Shown here piece by piece: positions 1 to 8,658 of a stretch of DNA of 34,406 bases (positions are counted from its first letter, which is position 1; the number at the start of each line of letters is the position of its first letter). The notes under the pieces are model-generated. The model was not told the origin of the DNA and made no database searches. It saw only the letters and a list, made by a program, of their open reading frames with translations. The position numbers were made by a program, and so were the translations under genes. The stretch covers positions 1 through 34,406 of the forward strand of contig CAYVVO010000012.1 in the NCBI GenBank assembly GCA_964455275.1. The letters are read 5' to 3'. Source of the stretch: an uncultured Candidatus Bathyarchaeia archaeon. GTDB taxonomy: Archaea > Thermoproteota > Bathyarchaeia > Bathyarchaeales > Bathyarchaeaceae.

Positions 1-48
1 TATTAGTATACTAATATGATTGTTGTCTGGAGAATTTTTGTGTGATAA

Positions 49-125
49 TGGAGCCTCGGGCGGGATTTGATCCCGCGACCAACAGCTTACAAGGCTGCCG
101 CTCTACCGGGCTGAGCCACCGAGGC
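49..125 (-). tRNA. tRNA-Thr (anticodon UGU), CCA encoded
   Basis: The reverse complement folds as a 77-nt cloverleaf. Acceptor GCCUCGG/CCGAGGC, D stem GCUC/GAGC, anticodon stem GCAGC/GCUGU with loop CUUGUAA, 5-nt variable loop, T stem GCGGG/CCCGC, then discriminator U and CCA. Confidence 0.9.
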
Positions 126-228
126 GCGCCCTGTTTAAGGGTTAGTTAATGTTCTATATTGGACTAGCCTATAGATTTTCCGTTTCCAAAAACTGAAAAA
201 TGGAGAAAAAGTGGGAATCCAAACTTTT

Positions 229-1845
229 CTAGCTGTTCTTCGTTTTTCTTTTCGGCTTGAAGATGTTTTTTATTTCTGGTGGTATGTTGTCTCCGATTTC
301 TCTGATGGCTTTGCGCCTGAATTTGTCGATTTTCTTCTGTTTTTCCTCAAACTCGGCTTGGGTGTACAGCTTCTCCGGATGCAGGTAAATGTCGTCCACC
401 ATCCTGATTGCCTTCGGTATCTTGAATCCGGTGGGCGAGTCCTCCCAGTCTTCCAGTCCGCCCCTCAGCAGCGAATCAAGGATAGCCATGGTGTGCTCCA
501 AGGTTATCTCCTTGTACCGTATCCCTTCTCCCACTCCTCCAGTGTTCAAGAGGTAAAAGTTCATGTGCGGCAGACCCTTCAGGATTTCATAGAAGCGGTT
601 GACGTGGGCTGCTCTGTCACCACACATAAACGGGTCATAAAAGAATTCACTCCTTATCTTCCCCGCCTTTGTGGGGTCGCCCGCCGAAGACTCCATTGCC
701 TGCCCCAAAATCATCATAGCCACAGTCTGCTGCAAAGTCAACTTCACTATAGCCGGAATAATAGATCCCCTGGTAATAAGAATCAGGTTGTCGATCTTAT
801 CCACGTCGATGTAGGAGCTGGCATGCATAAAATCCCTTCTCGGTATGACCGCCCGCCCGTTTGTTGTTCTATCCACCATATAGAAGTCCGGGTACCTATC
901 CCCGTTTATGTGCACGTTCTCGCACAGCGTCTCCGGCTTCAGCAAACCATAATAGATTTCTCGCTGGTCCCCAGGATTCACTCCCTCAGTTTTCACGAAT
1001 ACCCCTCCGCATTCGAAGCCGTGAAAAGAGCCGTCTGGCATGAGAACTCCGCCGTCATCTTGGATAAGCCAAGACTTCTCTTTTCCTTTTCTCGCCAATA
1101 TTCTGCAGGTTGTGCTTGTTTTTCCGTTGGCGCTTAACGCCAAAAGCAGTGTTCTGGTGTTCCTGTATTCTCCGTGCACTGACTGGAGATAATCCTCTCT
1201 GCATCCTGCGTGCAAGAAGATTCCTCCTCTTCTGGTTTTGGCGTTCCAGTCTTCTGCGGCGAAGACGCCCTTCTTGTATTCGCCTATGTAGTTGCTGTTT
1301 CTGGCTATCTTAACCATTCTTCCGTCGTCCAGCATCGCCAACCTTATGGTGATGTCCTTTTGGGGCAGCGGCTTCGTCTTGTTCGTTTCGAAGGCTTCGT
1401 CAGTGAAGAACAGAATCTGGTAGGTTGGATTTTTCACTTCCCCTTTTGGGGTTAGGAAAAGTTTTCCTCCTCCGTAGGCGCTGTGAGCGAAGTTTTTAGG
1501 GACAATCAGCCTGACTGTTGTTTTGCTGTCTCTGTTGCCCACGATTCTATCAATGGAAACTAGCGTTTCTTTGGCTAGAGACTTTTCGCACTGCACTAAC
1601 AGTTGACGCTCTTCTTCGCCGAAGGGCGCGTCAATGCTGTTCTCTGTAAACATGGCTGCTCTGGAGGTGGGTTCGCTTTCAGCCACAAAGGTTCTGTACA
1701 CGCTCTGCTTTATTCTCGGCTCTTCTGCCACAAGCTGCCTCATCACCTCTTCGGATGGGTTGCTTATCCACCTGTTTTCCTCTATGGCTTTCTTTCTGAT
1801 TCTCTCAGCGGTTCTCGCGAACTCCTTCAGATCAAAGTTTGACAT
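229..1845 (-). CDS. pckA: phosphoenolpyruvate carboxykinase (ATP) family protein
   Basis: The ORF runs 229..1857. The ATG at 1845 is preceded by GGTGA. By-eye matches to PckA blocks: IGEYKKGVF (cf GGEMKKG), LSANGKTST (cf GLSGTGKTT P-loop), IQDDGG (cf GDDEHG), FECGGVFVKT (cf FEGGCYAK), LNTGGVGEG. Confidence 0.8.
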   Translation of the reverse strand: MSNFDLKEFARTAERIRKKAIEENRWISNPSEEVMRQLVAEEPRIKQSVYRTFVAESEPTSRAAMFTENSIDAPFGEEERQLLVQCEKSLAKETLVSIDRIVGNRDSKTTVRLIVPKNFAHSAYGGGKLFLTPKGEVKNPTYQILFFTDEAFETNKTKPLPQKDITIRLAMLDDGRMVKIARNSNYIGEYKKGVFAAEDWNAKTRRGGIFLHAGCREDYLQSVHGEYRNTRTLLLALSANGKTSTTCRILARKGKEKSWLIQDDGGVLMPDGSFHGFECGGVFVKTEGVNPGDQREIYYGLLKPETLCENVHINGDRYPDFYMVDRTTNGRAVIPRRDFMHASSYIDVDKIDNLILITRGSIIPAIVKLTLQQTVAMMILGQAMESSAGDPTKAGKIRSEFFYDPFMCGDRAAHVNRFYEILKGLPHMNFYLLNTGGVGEGIRYKEITLEHTMAILDSLLRGGLEDWEDSPTGFKIPKAIRMVDDIYLHPEKLYTQAEFEEKQKKIDKFRRKAIREIGDNIPPEIKNIFKPKRKTKNS

Positions 1846-1883
1846 TACATTCACCAATTTTCGATGTGCCTTACACCACTTGA

Positions 1884-1898
1884 TTAACTTTAAGTTAA
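1884..1898. promoter_or_regulatory. perfect 15-bp palindrome TTAACTTTAAGTTAA in the divergent pckA/lrp promoter region
   Basis: Read directly from the sequence. It lies 59 nt upstream of the Lrp/AsnC ATG (1957) and 39 nt upstream of the pckA ATG (1845). It is AT-rich, like known archaeal Lrp operators. Confidence 0.4.
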
Positions 1899-1956
1899 TT
1901 TTGGTCTAGCAAAACTCTTTTAAAGCAGGGAGGTTTTTAAATGTTTTGTTAACAAA

Positions 1957-2433
1957 ATGTTAAGCCCTAAGGACGATCTGGAAAAGAAAATAATTCTCCA
2001 ACTACTTGAGGATGGGAGGCGACCCACTCTTCACATCGCCAGAAACATCGGGGTTACAAGACAAACTGTTGCAAAGAAGCTTGAGCAGTTACGTAATTCT
2101 GGGCTTATAACCTCATTTGCTCCCAGATTAAACCATGAAAAGTTAGGTTTAGCCATCCAAGCCTACGTTTTCATGCGGGAGGACCCAAGCAGCAAACTCC
2201 GAGGTAAGAATGAGCAGACAATCAAGGGTTTCCAGCAGGTAGCCGAGTTCCATCGAATCTTCGGAAAATATGATAGCCTCATAAAGGTGCTGGTGGAGAA
2301 CAACGAGGAGTTGAAAGAATTCGTTGAGAAGCTTCACAGTTTAGAGGGTATTAGAGAAACAGAAACCTTCATAGTCCACAGCACAATAAAAGACAAACCT
2401 GAAGACCCCACCAAGAAAGCACTAACAGAGTAA
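1957..2433 (+). CDS. Lrp/AsnC family transcriptional regulator (HTH plus RAM domain)
   Basis: N-terminal LEKKIILQLLEDGRRPTLHIARNIGVTRQTVAKKLEQLRNSGLI is a typical AsnC-type HTH. The C-terminal alpha-beta ligand domain includes AYVFM...VAEFHRIFGKYDSLIKV. Confidence 0.9.
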   Translation: MLSPKDDLEKKIILQLLEDGRRPTLHIARNIGVTRQTVAKKLEQLRNSGLITSFAPRLNHEKLGLAIQAYVFMREDPSSKLRGKNEQTIKGFQQVAEFHRIFGKYDSLIKVLVENNEELKEFVEKLHSLEGIRETETFIVHSTIKDKPEDPTKKALTE

Positions 2434-2491
2434 ACCTGCCATTCCGGATCAGCAATAGAAGTGCAGTTTAAAAATTTTTTTGGTTTCCGGA

Positions 2492-3418
2492 TCACCAAAT
2501 TATGCCCATTTTTACTACGATATCACCAAAATATGGCTGACCGACTGCAACATCAACAATTTTATCGTTTTGCGGTTCTATGTAAATCAGTCCGATGTCA
2601 GTGGTGTTGAAACAGGCTATTGCATGGGCGCTATCATCAAATTCGATGTAAACGAAACCGCATCTGTAACCCATCTGAAACGCGTTGGTGTTGAAGTCGG
2701 CTGTGAAATCGTAGCAAACATAATCTGGAGTATACTCGTTTTCGTTTGTTCTATCTGAATTTATGAAGGCAATCGCCTCGGCATATGTTGGGTCCCTAAT
2801 GTACCAGCCGCTTCCAGCCCCATCCTCCACACCTTGAGCATACCCCGCATCATAGCCGGCTTGGTAGCTTTCAATCACCTCATTTTCTAATGACGTGATC
2901 TCAGTTTGGAGGCTTGTAATGTTGGCTTGTAACGTTGAAACTTGGTTTTCAAGAGCGGTTTTTTCGTTATTTAGTGAAGTAACTTCAGATTGGAGACTTG
3001 CTACTTGAGCTTCCAGAGCAACCTTATCGTTGTTCAATGAAGCTATTTCTGATTGGAGATCTGAGATGTTAGATTGCAAATTTGAAACTTGTGTTTCTAG
3101 TGTGCTCTTTTCGTTTTCTAGTGCAGTCACCTCAGTTTGGAGGCTTGTAATGTTGGCTTGTAACGTTGAAACTTGGTTTTCAAGAGCGACTTTCTCATTG
3201 GTCAATGAAGCGATTTCCGATTGGAGACCTGAAATGTTAAATTGTAAATTTGCTACCTGCGCTTCTAAACTAAACCTTTCATCTTCAAGTCCAGAAATCT
3301 GATCTGCTTTCATCTGCAGTTCATGGTCTTTCTGGTTAACCGCCATTACAGCTCCAGCAACTGCAACACATAGAACAACGCAAATCAAACTGAGCGCTAC
3401 GATTTTCTTATCAATCAT
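2492..3418 (-). CDS. membrane-anchored coiled-coil stalk protein with C-terminal transglutaminase-like (Cys/His) domain
   Basis: The ORF track gives 2492..3697, but its first 93 codons run across the tRNA at 3550..3626. The ATG at 3418 starts MIDKKIVALSLICVVLCVAVAGAVMAV (TM anchor). About 190 aa of LQSEI(A/T)SL.NEK..LE.QV repeats follow. The globular end contains YVCYDF...SAHAIACF...IEPQND. Confidence 0.75.
   Translation of the reverse strand: MIDKKIVALSLICVVLCVAVAGAVMAVNQKDHELQMKADQISGLEDERFSLEAQVANLQFNISGLQSEIASLTNEKVALENQVSTLQANITSLQTEVTALENEKSTLETQVSNLQSNISDLQSEIASLNNDKVALEAQVASLQSEVTSLNNEKTALENQVSTLQANITSLQTEITSLENEVIESYQAGYDAGYAQGVEDGAGSGWYIRDPTYAEAIAFINSDRTNENEYTPDYVCYDFTADFNTNAFQMGYRCGFVYIEFDDSAHAIACFNTTDIGLIYIEPQNDKIVDVAVGQPYFGDIVVKMGIIW
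2900..3188. repeat. exact 58-bp direct repeat (2900..2957 and 3131..3188, offset 231 bp = 77 codons) inside the coiled-coil CDS
   Basis: Both copies read ctcagtttggaggcttgtaatgttggcttgtaacgttgaaacttggttttcaagagcg. Flanking units are degenerate copies (gattggagac... recurs). Confidence 0.95.
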
Positions 3419-3549
3419 TACGCATTTCCTCCAAACCACTGAAATACATGATTCCTTACGAAACAATATATACGCTTCGCAACCTGAAAACCTTTCTATC
3501 CTCAAACAGCACCAAAATCTAACATAAAAACAGGGGTCCACCGCAAGAA

Positions 3550-3626
3550 TGGAGCCTCGGGCGGGATTTGATCCCGCGACCAACAGCTTACGAGGCTGCC
3601 GCTCTACCGGGCTGAGCCACCGAGGC
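3550..3626 (-). tRNA. tRNA-Thr (anticodon CGU), CCA encoded
   Basis: Identical to the tRNA at 49..125 at 76 of 77 positions. The only difference is anticodon position 34 (loop CUCGUAA). A T-run (TGTTTTTATG) follows downstream. Confidence 0.9.
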
Positions 3627-3822
3627 GTTTCCAGTGAATTGATTCCATAACACATTTTTAAGACGTTCGGGGGGCAAACAAGCCCCTGCAGAGGCATCCA
3701 TGAAATCCTCTGTTATGTTCCTGAAATAAATAATGATTGTGGAGCATTCGATGTTTGTGTATGTGGCTGCAGCGTCTACACGCCTATGAAGTCAAGAAGT
3801 TGGCGTTCCCTCTGTATGGGAC

Positions 3823-5487
3823 TCATTTTTTGTCTGCCTTCATGAAGAAGAAAAGAATCACTCCAATTATGGCGGCTGCGGCTATCACTGCTACAATCAG
3901 TACTATTATGGAGAAGTCTGGTTGCGGAGGCTCTGCCCCCTCGGCTATGGTGAAGTAAACTGTTTCAGACGTTCCAGTTTTTCCATCTGTATCCTCTGCG
4001 TAAAGTGTTATTCTGTGCTCGCCATAAGCTAGGTCGGATAACTTTATGTCTTCAGTGATTGTGACGTTTGCTTGGTCGTCTAGGCTGTATTTTATCCATG
4101 AGGTTGTTTTGCTCACGGTGAATTTTAAGGAAACAGAGTTTACTGTGTATGTCTTGTTTTCTGGTGAATCAATGAAGATGGCGGGGGGGCTTCCATAAGG
4201 CATAAGCGGAAAATTGTCTTGGTTGTTCTGGTTAATAATGTAAGGCGTATCTCCTAATTCGTCGCTGCCTGTCTGGTTTCGGCTCGCTCCGCTCCTCGCA
4301 TCGACACCCGTATAGTCGCTCCAATAATTACCGCCTACAGGATAGCCAACATCCCAGGTGTTTATTGAGACCGCTACAGAATAGTTTTCCCCACTAACAT
4401 CGTAAACCTGTATCTTGTTATCGATAAAATAGTTGCCTCTAATCATGTTATATGAGGACTCCATAAAGCCGATTCCAACGTTGTTGTCTGTTATGTTGTT
4501 TAGCATAATGGTGTTTTGGAGAGAGTTGAAGAGGAAGATGCCATCTGCGCCGTTAGTTATAACATTTGTAGATATGCTGTTAAGGTTTGAAGCGTTACTG
4601 AACTGTATTCCTCTCTCGTTGTCTGTTATGTTGTTTGTACTAATGTAGTTGTCGGAAGACGCAAAGAGTCCTATTCCAGAGTAATTGTCCGTTATCTGAT
4701 TTTCATATAATGTCGACCCTGTTGTGTAAGCCAATAGTATGCCATGCCCATTGCCGGTGAGTTCCAGATGATGGACTGTTATGTTTTTGCAGTTCACGAG
4801 GGCGAGATAACCTACATCTGGAAAAGTGACCGAATTTATGACCAGATTACTTTCGCTAATCAGATAGTAGACTTTTTTGCCGTTGACTGTGTTTGAATTA
4901 TCAATTTCATTATCGAAGTGTGAAGGCTCGTCGCCATAAACCGCGAGATTATAATTATTGTCCATTTTGTTGTCTCTAAGTATATTTTTTGAAGACAAGA
5001 AGATGTTGATACCTATGCCGTTGTTTGTTATGTTGTTTCCAGTAATGGTGTTTTGTGAGGCTTCGTTAAGGTAGAGACCATAATTGTTGTGTGCTAAGGT
5101 GTTTCCAGATATGATGTTTTGTGAAGCGCCCTCAAGGTAGATACCGTAAAAGCTGAATCCTATTTGTAAGTTCTTGATTGTCACGTTGTTTCTGTACGAC
5201 AGGTCTATTCCTCTTTCTCCTTGTCCTGAAAGATAGTAGCCTGCGCCATCAACTACAATGTTATTACGTTGAACTACAAGATAGAAACTGTCAATGTTAT
5301 CTGTGAAGGTGTAGATGTCTCCAGCCTGTTGAATAGGAGCTGTAGTATTTGTTGAAGTGACAATGCTTCCATCACTTAAAATGTAAATGAATCCCTCAAT
5401 ATCTTGTGAGTTAACGGGCTGAGTGTTAACTGCACATAACGAAATTATGGTTAAGACAACTAGAAAAATAACCTTACTTGTGTTCAC
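3823..5487 (-). CDS. secreted right-handed parallel beta-helix (NosD/PbH1-like) repeat protein with C-terminal TM anchor
   Basis: GTG start is preceded by GGGAGAGG. Signal peptide MNTSKVIFLVVLTIISLCAVNT. Many N-x-I-x-x-N beta-helix rungs (NNITNNGIGI, NNITDNERGI, NNITDNNVGI). GNYWSDY...DNFPLMPY module. Tail PQPDFSIIVLIVAVIAAAAIIGVILFFFMKADKK. Confidence 0.85.
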   Translation of the reverse strand: MNTSKVIFLVVLTIISLCAVNTQPVNSQDIEGFIYILSDGSIVTSTNTTAPIQQAGDIYTFTDNIDSFYLVVQRNNIVVDGAGYYLSGQGERGIDLSYRNNVTIKNLQIGFSFYGIYLEGASQNIISGNTLAHNNYGLYLNEASQNTITGNNITNNGIGINIFLSSKNILRDNKMDNNYNLAVYGDEPSHFDNEIDNSNTVNGKKVYYLISESNLVINSVTFPDVGYLALVNCKNITVHHLELTGNGHGILLAYTTGSTLYENQITDNYSGIGLFASSDNYISTNNITDNERGIQFSNASNLNSISTNVITNGADGIFLFNSLQNTIMLNNITDNNVGIGFMESSYNMIRGNYFIDNKIQVYDVSGENYSVAVSINTWDVGYPVGGNYWSDYTGVDARSGASRNQTGSDELGDTPYIINQNNQDNFPLMPYGSPPAIFIDSPENKTYTVNSVSLKFTVSKTTSWIKYSLDDQANVTITEDIKLSDLAYGEHRITLYAEDTDGKTGTSETVYFTIAEGAEPPQPDFSIIVLIVAVIAAAAIIGVILFFFMKADKK

Positions 5488-5712
5488 TTTTTTCCTCTCC
5501 CATATTGAATATAATTGTCATTGCACCAGAACCTCTACATTCATGTAATGTTTTAAGGTTGCTGCTTCAACAATAAATCTCGTCATATTAGTCTTTGGAT
5601 ATAAAAGTTTTTCAGAATTAAACCCACATCCAAAGCCATCAACGTTAAACTTCCCCCTAACAGGTATTTTTAAGACATTCAGAAGCAAATAGTACCTGCA
5701 GAGGTTCCCAAG

Positions 5713-6702
5713 TTGAGTTCAGCTAAGGAGTTGGGCGAAAGAAAAATCATAGAACTCGTTCTAGAGTGCCTAGAGCAAATGCCGAATATGCCCATTCCAT
5801 TCGGCGACGACGCCTCAGCAGTAGATATGGGGCACGACAAACTCGCCGTAATAAACATGGACATGCTTGTCGGAAAAACAGATGTCCCAAAAACCATGAG
5901 CCTCTGGCAAGCCGCCCGCAAAGCAGTAATAATGAACATAAGCGACCTAGCAGCAAAGGGAGCACAGCCCATTGCCCTCCTAGCCTCCCTCGGAGTACCT
6001 CCAGACCTGACAGAAACGGACATACAGCAGATCGGCAAGGGACTAAACGCTGGCGCCCGCGAATACAACGCCTACATATTGGGGGGCGACACCAACGAAG
6101 CCTCCGACCTAATAATCAGCTGCATGGCATTGGGAGTATGCAGCAAACATCACCTTATCAAGCGTAGCGGCGCAAAGCCTGGAGACTACGTGGCGGTAAC
6201 TGGCTCTTTCGGAAAACCAGCCTCTGGACTAAAGATTCTGATGGACGGTCTTTCAGCTCCTGAGGATAGTGGAGCGCTTGTTGACACTGTTCTGATGCCC
6301 AAGGCAAGGGTCCAAGAAGGGATGGCTCTAGCGCAATCGAAGGCGGCAACAGCCTCCATAGACTCGAGCGACGGACTGGCATGGAGTCTCCACGAAATTT
6401 CCCGGGCTAGCAATGTTGGTTTCCGCCTCGATAAACTTCCAGTAGCCCCTGAAGCAGAAAGGTTCGCGGAGATTCACGGTTTCGATTCTGTGGAACTAGC
6501 CTTTTATGGAGGAGAGGAATACGAACTTCTGGTGACAATCAAACCAAAGCTCTGGCAAGAAGCAAAAAAAGCCGTGGAAAATGTGGGAGGAAGCCTCACT
6601 AAAGTGGGGCGGGTCACTGAAGAGAAGCATCTTCTGCTGCAAACAGATGGGAAGCTGGTTTCTATAGAGGCTCGTGGGTGGGAACACTTTAAAACGGCTT
6701 AG
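5713..6702 (+). CDS. thiL: thiamine-monophosphate kinase
   Basis: ELGERKIIELV...FGDDASAV...NMDMLVGKTDVP...AARKAVIMNISDLAAKGAQPIALLASLGVP matches the ThiL/AIR-synthase-like N-terminal pattern. TTG start follows GAGGT. Confidence 0.8.
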   Translation: MSSAKELGERKIIELVLECLEQMPNMPIPFGDDASAVDMGHDKLAVINMDMLVGKTDVPKTMSLWQAARKAVIMNISDLAAKGAQPIALLASLGVPPDLTETDIQQIGKGLNAGAREYNAYILGGDTNEASDLIISCMALGVCSKHHLIKRSGAKPGDYVAVTGSFGKPASGLKILMDGLSAPEDSGALVDTVLMPKARVQEGMALAQSKAATASIDSSDGLAWSLHEISRASNVGFRLDKLPVAPEAERFAEIHGFDSVELAFYGGEEYELLVTIKPKLWQEAKKAVENVGGSLTKVGRVTEEKHLLLQTDGKLVSIEARGWEHFKTA

Positions 6703-6735
6703 AGGAGAAACATGACAAAAGAGGGAGGCAGTTTA

Positions 6736-7836
6736 ATGGTGAGATCATGTGATGTGGGCAGCTTTCCGTTAGTTGGTGATTCAAGGAAGTTTGTGGAGGG
6801 AGCAAGCCGTTTCAGCCTCTCTTCAGCAGATGAATCAGCCGAATTTTTTGAGGAAAAGGTGCTTGAAGGTTTACTGGATAAAATTAGAGTAGGCATTGAT
6901 GTTCCAAATTTTCCTCAGTTTCGAGATATGAACGAGATGTTTCTGTCTATGATGGATGGAGTGGAGCGGATTAAGGGTGGCTACTTAGAAACCGAGATTC
7001 CTTCTGTGAAGGCAGACAGAAGTGGCATACCAGAGGTTATGGTGATAAAAAAGCACTCTCAGATGATCCAAGAGAAGAAGGGTGCAGCTTTCGAAATTAG
7101 GATTTGTGTTACCGGACCCTACACGCTCGCTTCCTTTTTCCCTTACAAAAGGGAGGACACATTCATCAGGATAGGAAACGCCATTTCTCAAATCGTGGAA
7201 AACAGCATCTTCAACAATAAGCACGGCAGAGTCAGTTTGGTTTCGGTGGATGAGCCTCTCTTCGGGCTGCAAGACGATACGTTAATCGATTTCGGTTCCG
7301 AAGGGAGAAAAAACCTGCGAAGGGCATGGGAATCCATTTTCCACAAAATCAAGTCCAAGAACGCTCAAACCTTGATGCATCTTCACAGCACGGTAGATGA
7401 ACTCTTCTGGGATATAGGCTCCCTGGAAATACTCGAGTCTCACGTTGACGACCCCATTCACCAAAGGAAAAACACCAAACAAAAGCTGGAGTCAAGGGAC
7501 AAGTTTCTGAAGGCTAGCTTGGCAGTTAACGACTTCGATGCGTTGATTAAGAAAGGGATTGTTGCAGATTCGCCAGAAAAGCTGGCTGAATCAGACCTAA
7601 ACGAGAGGATTGCTGACGCTTGGACAGACATCAAACATGGACGAATTAATCCCGAAAGCTTTCTTGAAAGTGTAGAACTAATGAAGAATCGGCTGGTTAC
7701 GGTGGTTGAGCGGTTTGGTGCTGAGAGGGTTCTGTACGCGGGACCTGAATGCGGATTAAAGGGGTACCCAACATATGAGACTGCACTTGAGTGCTTGAGA
7801 CGCGTCTCCAGTGCCGTAGAAAGTTTTGAAAAATAA
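6736..7836 (+). CDS. MetE C-terminal-like (cobalamin-independent methionine synthase / UROD-fold) protein
   Basis: The ORF opens at 6712. The ATG at 6736 is preceded by GAGGGAGG. Blocks VDEPLFG (cf IDEP), ILESH (cf IETSRS) and GPECGLKG (cf PDCGLKTR) are present. MHLHS stands where MetE has H-x-C. Confidence 0.55.
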   Translation: MVRSCDVGSFPLVGDSRKFVEGASRFSLSSADESAEFFEEKVLEGLLDKIRVGIDVPNFPQFRDMNEMFLSMMDGVERIKGGYLETEIPSVKADRSGIPEVMVIKKHSQMIQEKKGAAFEIRICVTGPYTLASFFPYKREDTFIRIGNAISQIVENSIFNNKHGRVSLVSVDEPLFGLQDDTLIDFGSEGRKNLRRAWESIFHKIKSKNAQTLMHLHSTVDELFWDIGSLEILESHVDDPIHQRKNTKQKLESRDKFLKASLAVNDFDALIKKGIVADSPEKLAESDLNERIADAWTDIKHGRINPESFLESVELMKNRLVTVVERFGAERVLYAGPECGLKGYPTYETALECLRRVSSAVESFEK

Positions 7837-7889
7837 CCGTTGCTGTCCCTTAAACAAACAGGAATAAACGGTCAGAAAAAGAAAACATT

Positions 7890-8462
7890 TCAGTCTTCTT
7901 TTGGCTTTCCTTTCTCGATGGATGAGAATAACGAAAGAAGATTTTGCAAGATTTTGTAGGTTAATCCCCAGATGATGTGCTTTCCTATGGTGTAGGCTGG
8001 GTATTCTCCGAAACTGAATTTTGCGGTTCCCTTGTGTTTGGCAAGTTCTTCTAGTGGCGTCCAGAAGTATTCCGTTAACTCCTCATTCAATTCTATGGCT
8101 TGTTCCTTCTCTAGGAGAACAACAAAGGGAAGAATCTGCATTTCAGGTTTCTGTGTCGACCTCACAGGCTCCATTGCTCCAAGAAAGCGGCAGCCCTCAG
8201 CAAGGTTTATGTTGGTTTCCTCCAAGGTTTCCCTAACCACGGTCTCCTCCAGATTCCGGTCTTCAGGGTTACCTTTTCCACCGGGAAAAGCGGTCTGTCC
8301 TGACCAGGGGTCACCTGATTTTTCAGCTCTCTTCACAAGCAAGACCTGAAAGTCCTGATTTGCTTCTCTCAGCAGCACAACAACGGCGGCGTTCGCATCC
8401 AGTTTTTCGGATGTTGGCTTCAGCATCTCGGCTAGTCTTTCGATATTCCCAATATAACCCAC
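7890..8462 (-). CDS. Nudix hydrolase (CoA pyrophosphatase-like)
   Basis: Nudix box GGKGNPEDRNLEETVVRETLEETNI. GTG start is preceded by GGAGGAAGG. Confidence 0.85.
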   Translation of the reverse strand: MGYIGNIERLAEMLKPTSEKLDANAAVVVLLREANQDFQVLLVKRAEKSGDPWSGQTAFPGGKGNPEDRNLEETVVRETLEETNINLAEGCRFLGAMEPVRSTQKPEMQILPFVVLLEKEQAIELNEELTEYFWTPLEELAKHKGTAKFSFGEYPAYTIGKHIIWGLTYKILQNLLSLFSSIEKGKPKED

Positions 8463-8658
8463 TTCTGTCCTTCCTCCGTGGCTTTTTTAGAATCATCTAC
8501 CTATTTCAAACAAGCTGTTTATGTTAATCATATATTCTCTCATTTCCTTAATCATCTTCACGTCAAGCTTTACGCTCAACTTTTCGATGTTGTCCTCCCA
8601 GAAAATCTTTTGATGTTTTACTTCCCCATAAAAAAGGGGGAAGGGAAAATTTTTGGTT

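Noticed and set aside
211-1137. 308-aa plus-strand ORF, along with many similar 60-130 aa ORFs antisense to pckA, thiL, thermosome, ROK and others
   Set aside because: These are shadow ORFs opposite well-supported genes. They have low-complexity Arg/Ser/Leu-rich translations and no recognisable motifs.
1941-1952. Three-codon uORF (ATG TTT TGT TAA) right after a GGGAGGT upstream of the lrp start
   Set aside because: It is too short to evaluate and is probably coincidental. The SD may serve the lrp ATG, or the transcript may start downstream.
2880-3300. Regularly spaced repeats that could suggest a CRISPR-like array
   Set aside because: The repeats are in frame inside a coiled-coil CDS, are degenerate except for one 58-bp pair, and have no unique spacers or leader.
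49-3626. Twin tRNAs as att sites bounding an integrated element
   Set aside because: Both copies are full length and functional-looking, not a partial 3' duplicate. The enclosed genes are metabolic or regulatory (pckA, lrp, surface protein), and there is no integrase or other mobile-element gene.
3419-3697. N-terminal 93-codon extension of ORF 2492..3697
   Set aside because: It reads straight through the tRNA-Thr(CGU) gene at 3550..3626 on the same strand. The internal ATG at 3418 gives a natural TM-anchored start.
6700-6735. thiL and the MetE-like ORF share a frame and are separated by one TAG, raising the idea of pyrrolysine or read-through
   Set aside because: A ThiL-MetE fusion has no biological rationale. 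A strong SD (GAGGGAGG) precedes an independent ATG at 6736. Sharing a frame has a one-in-three chance.
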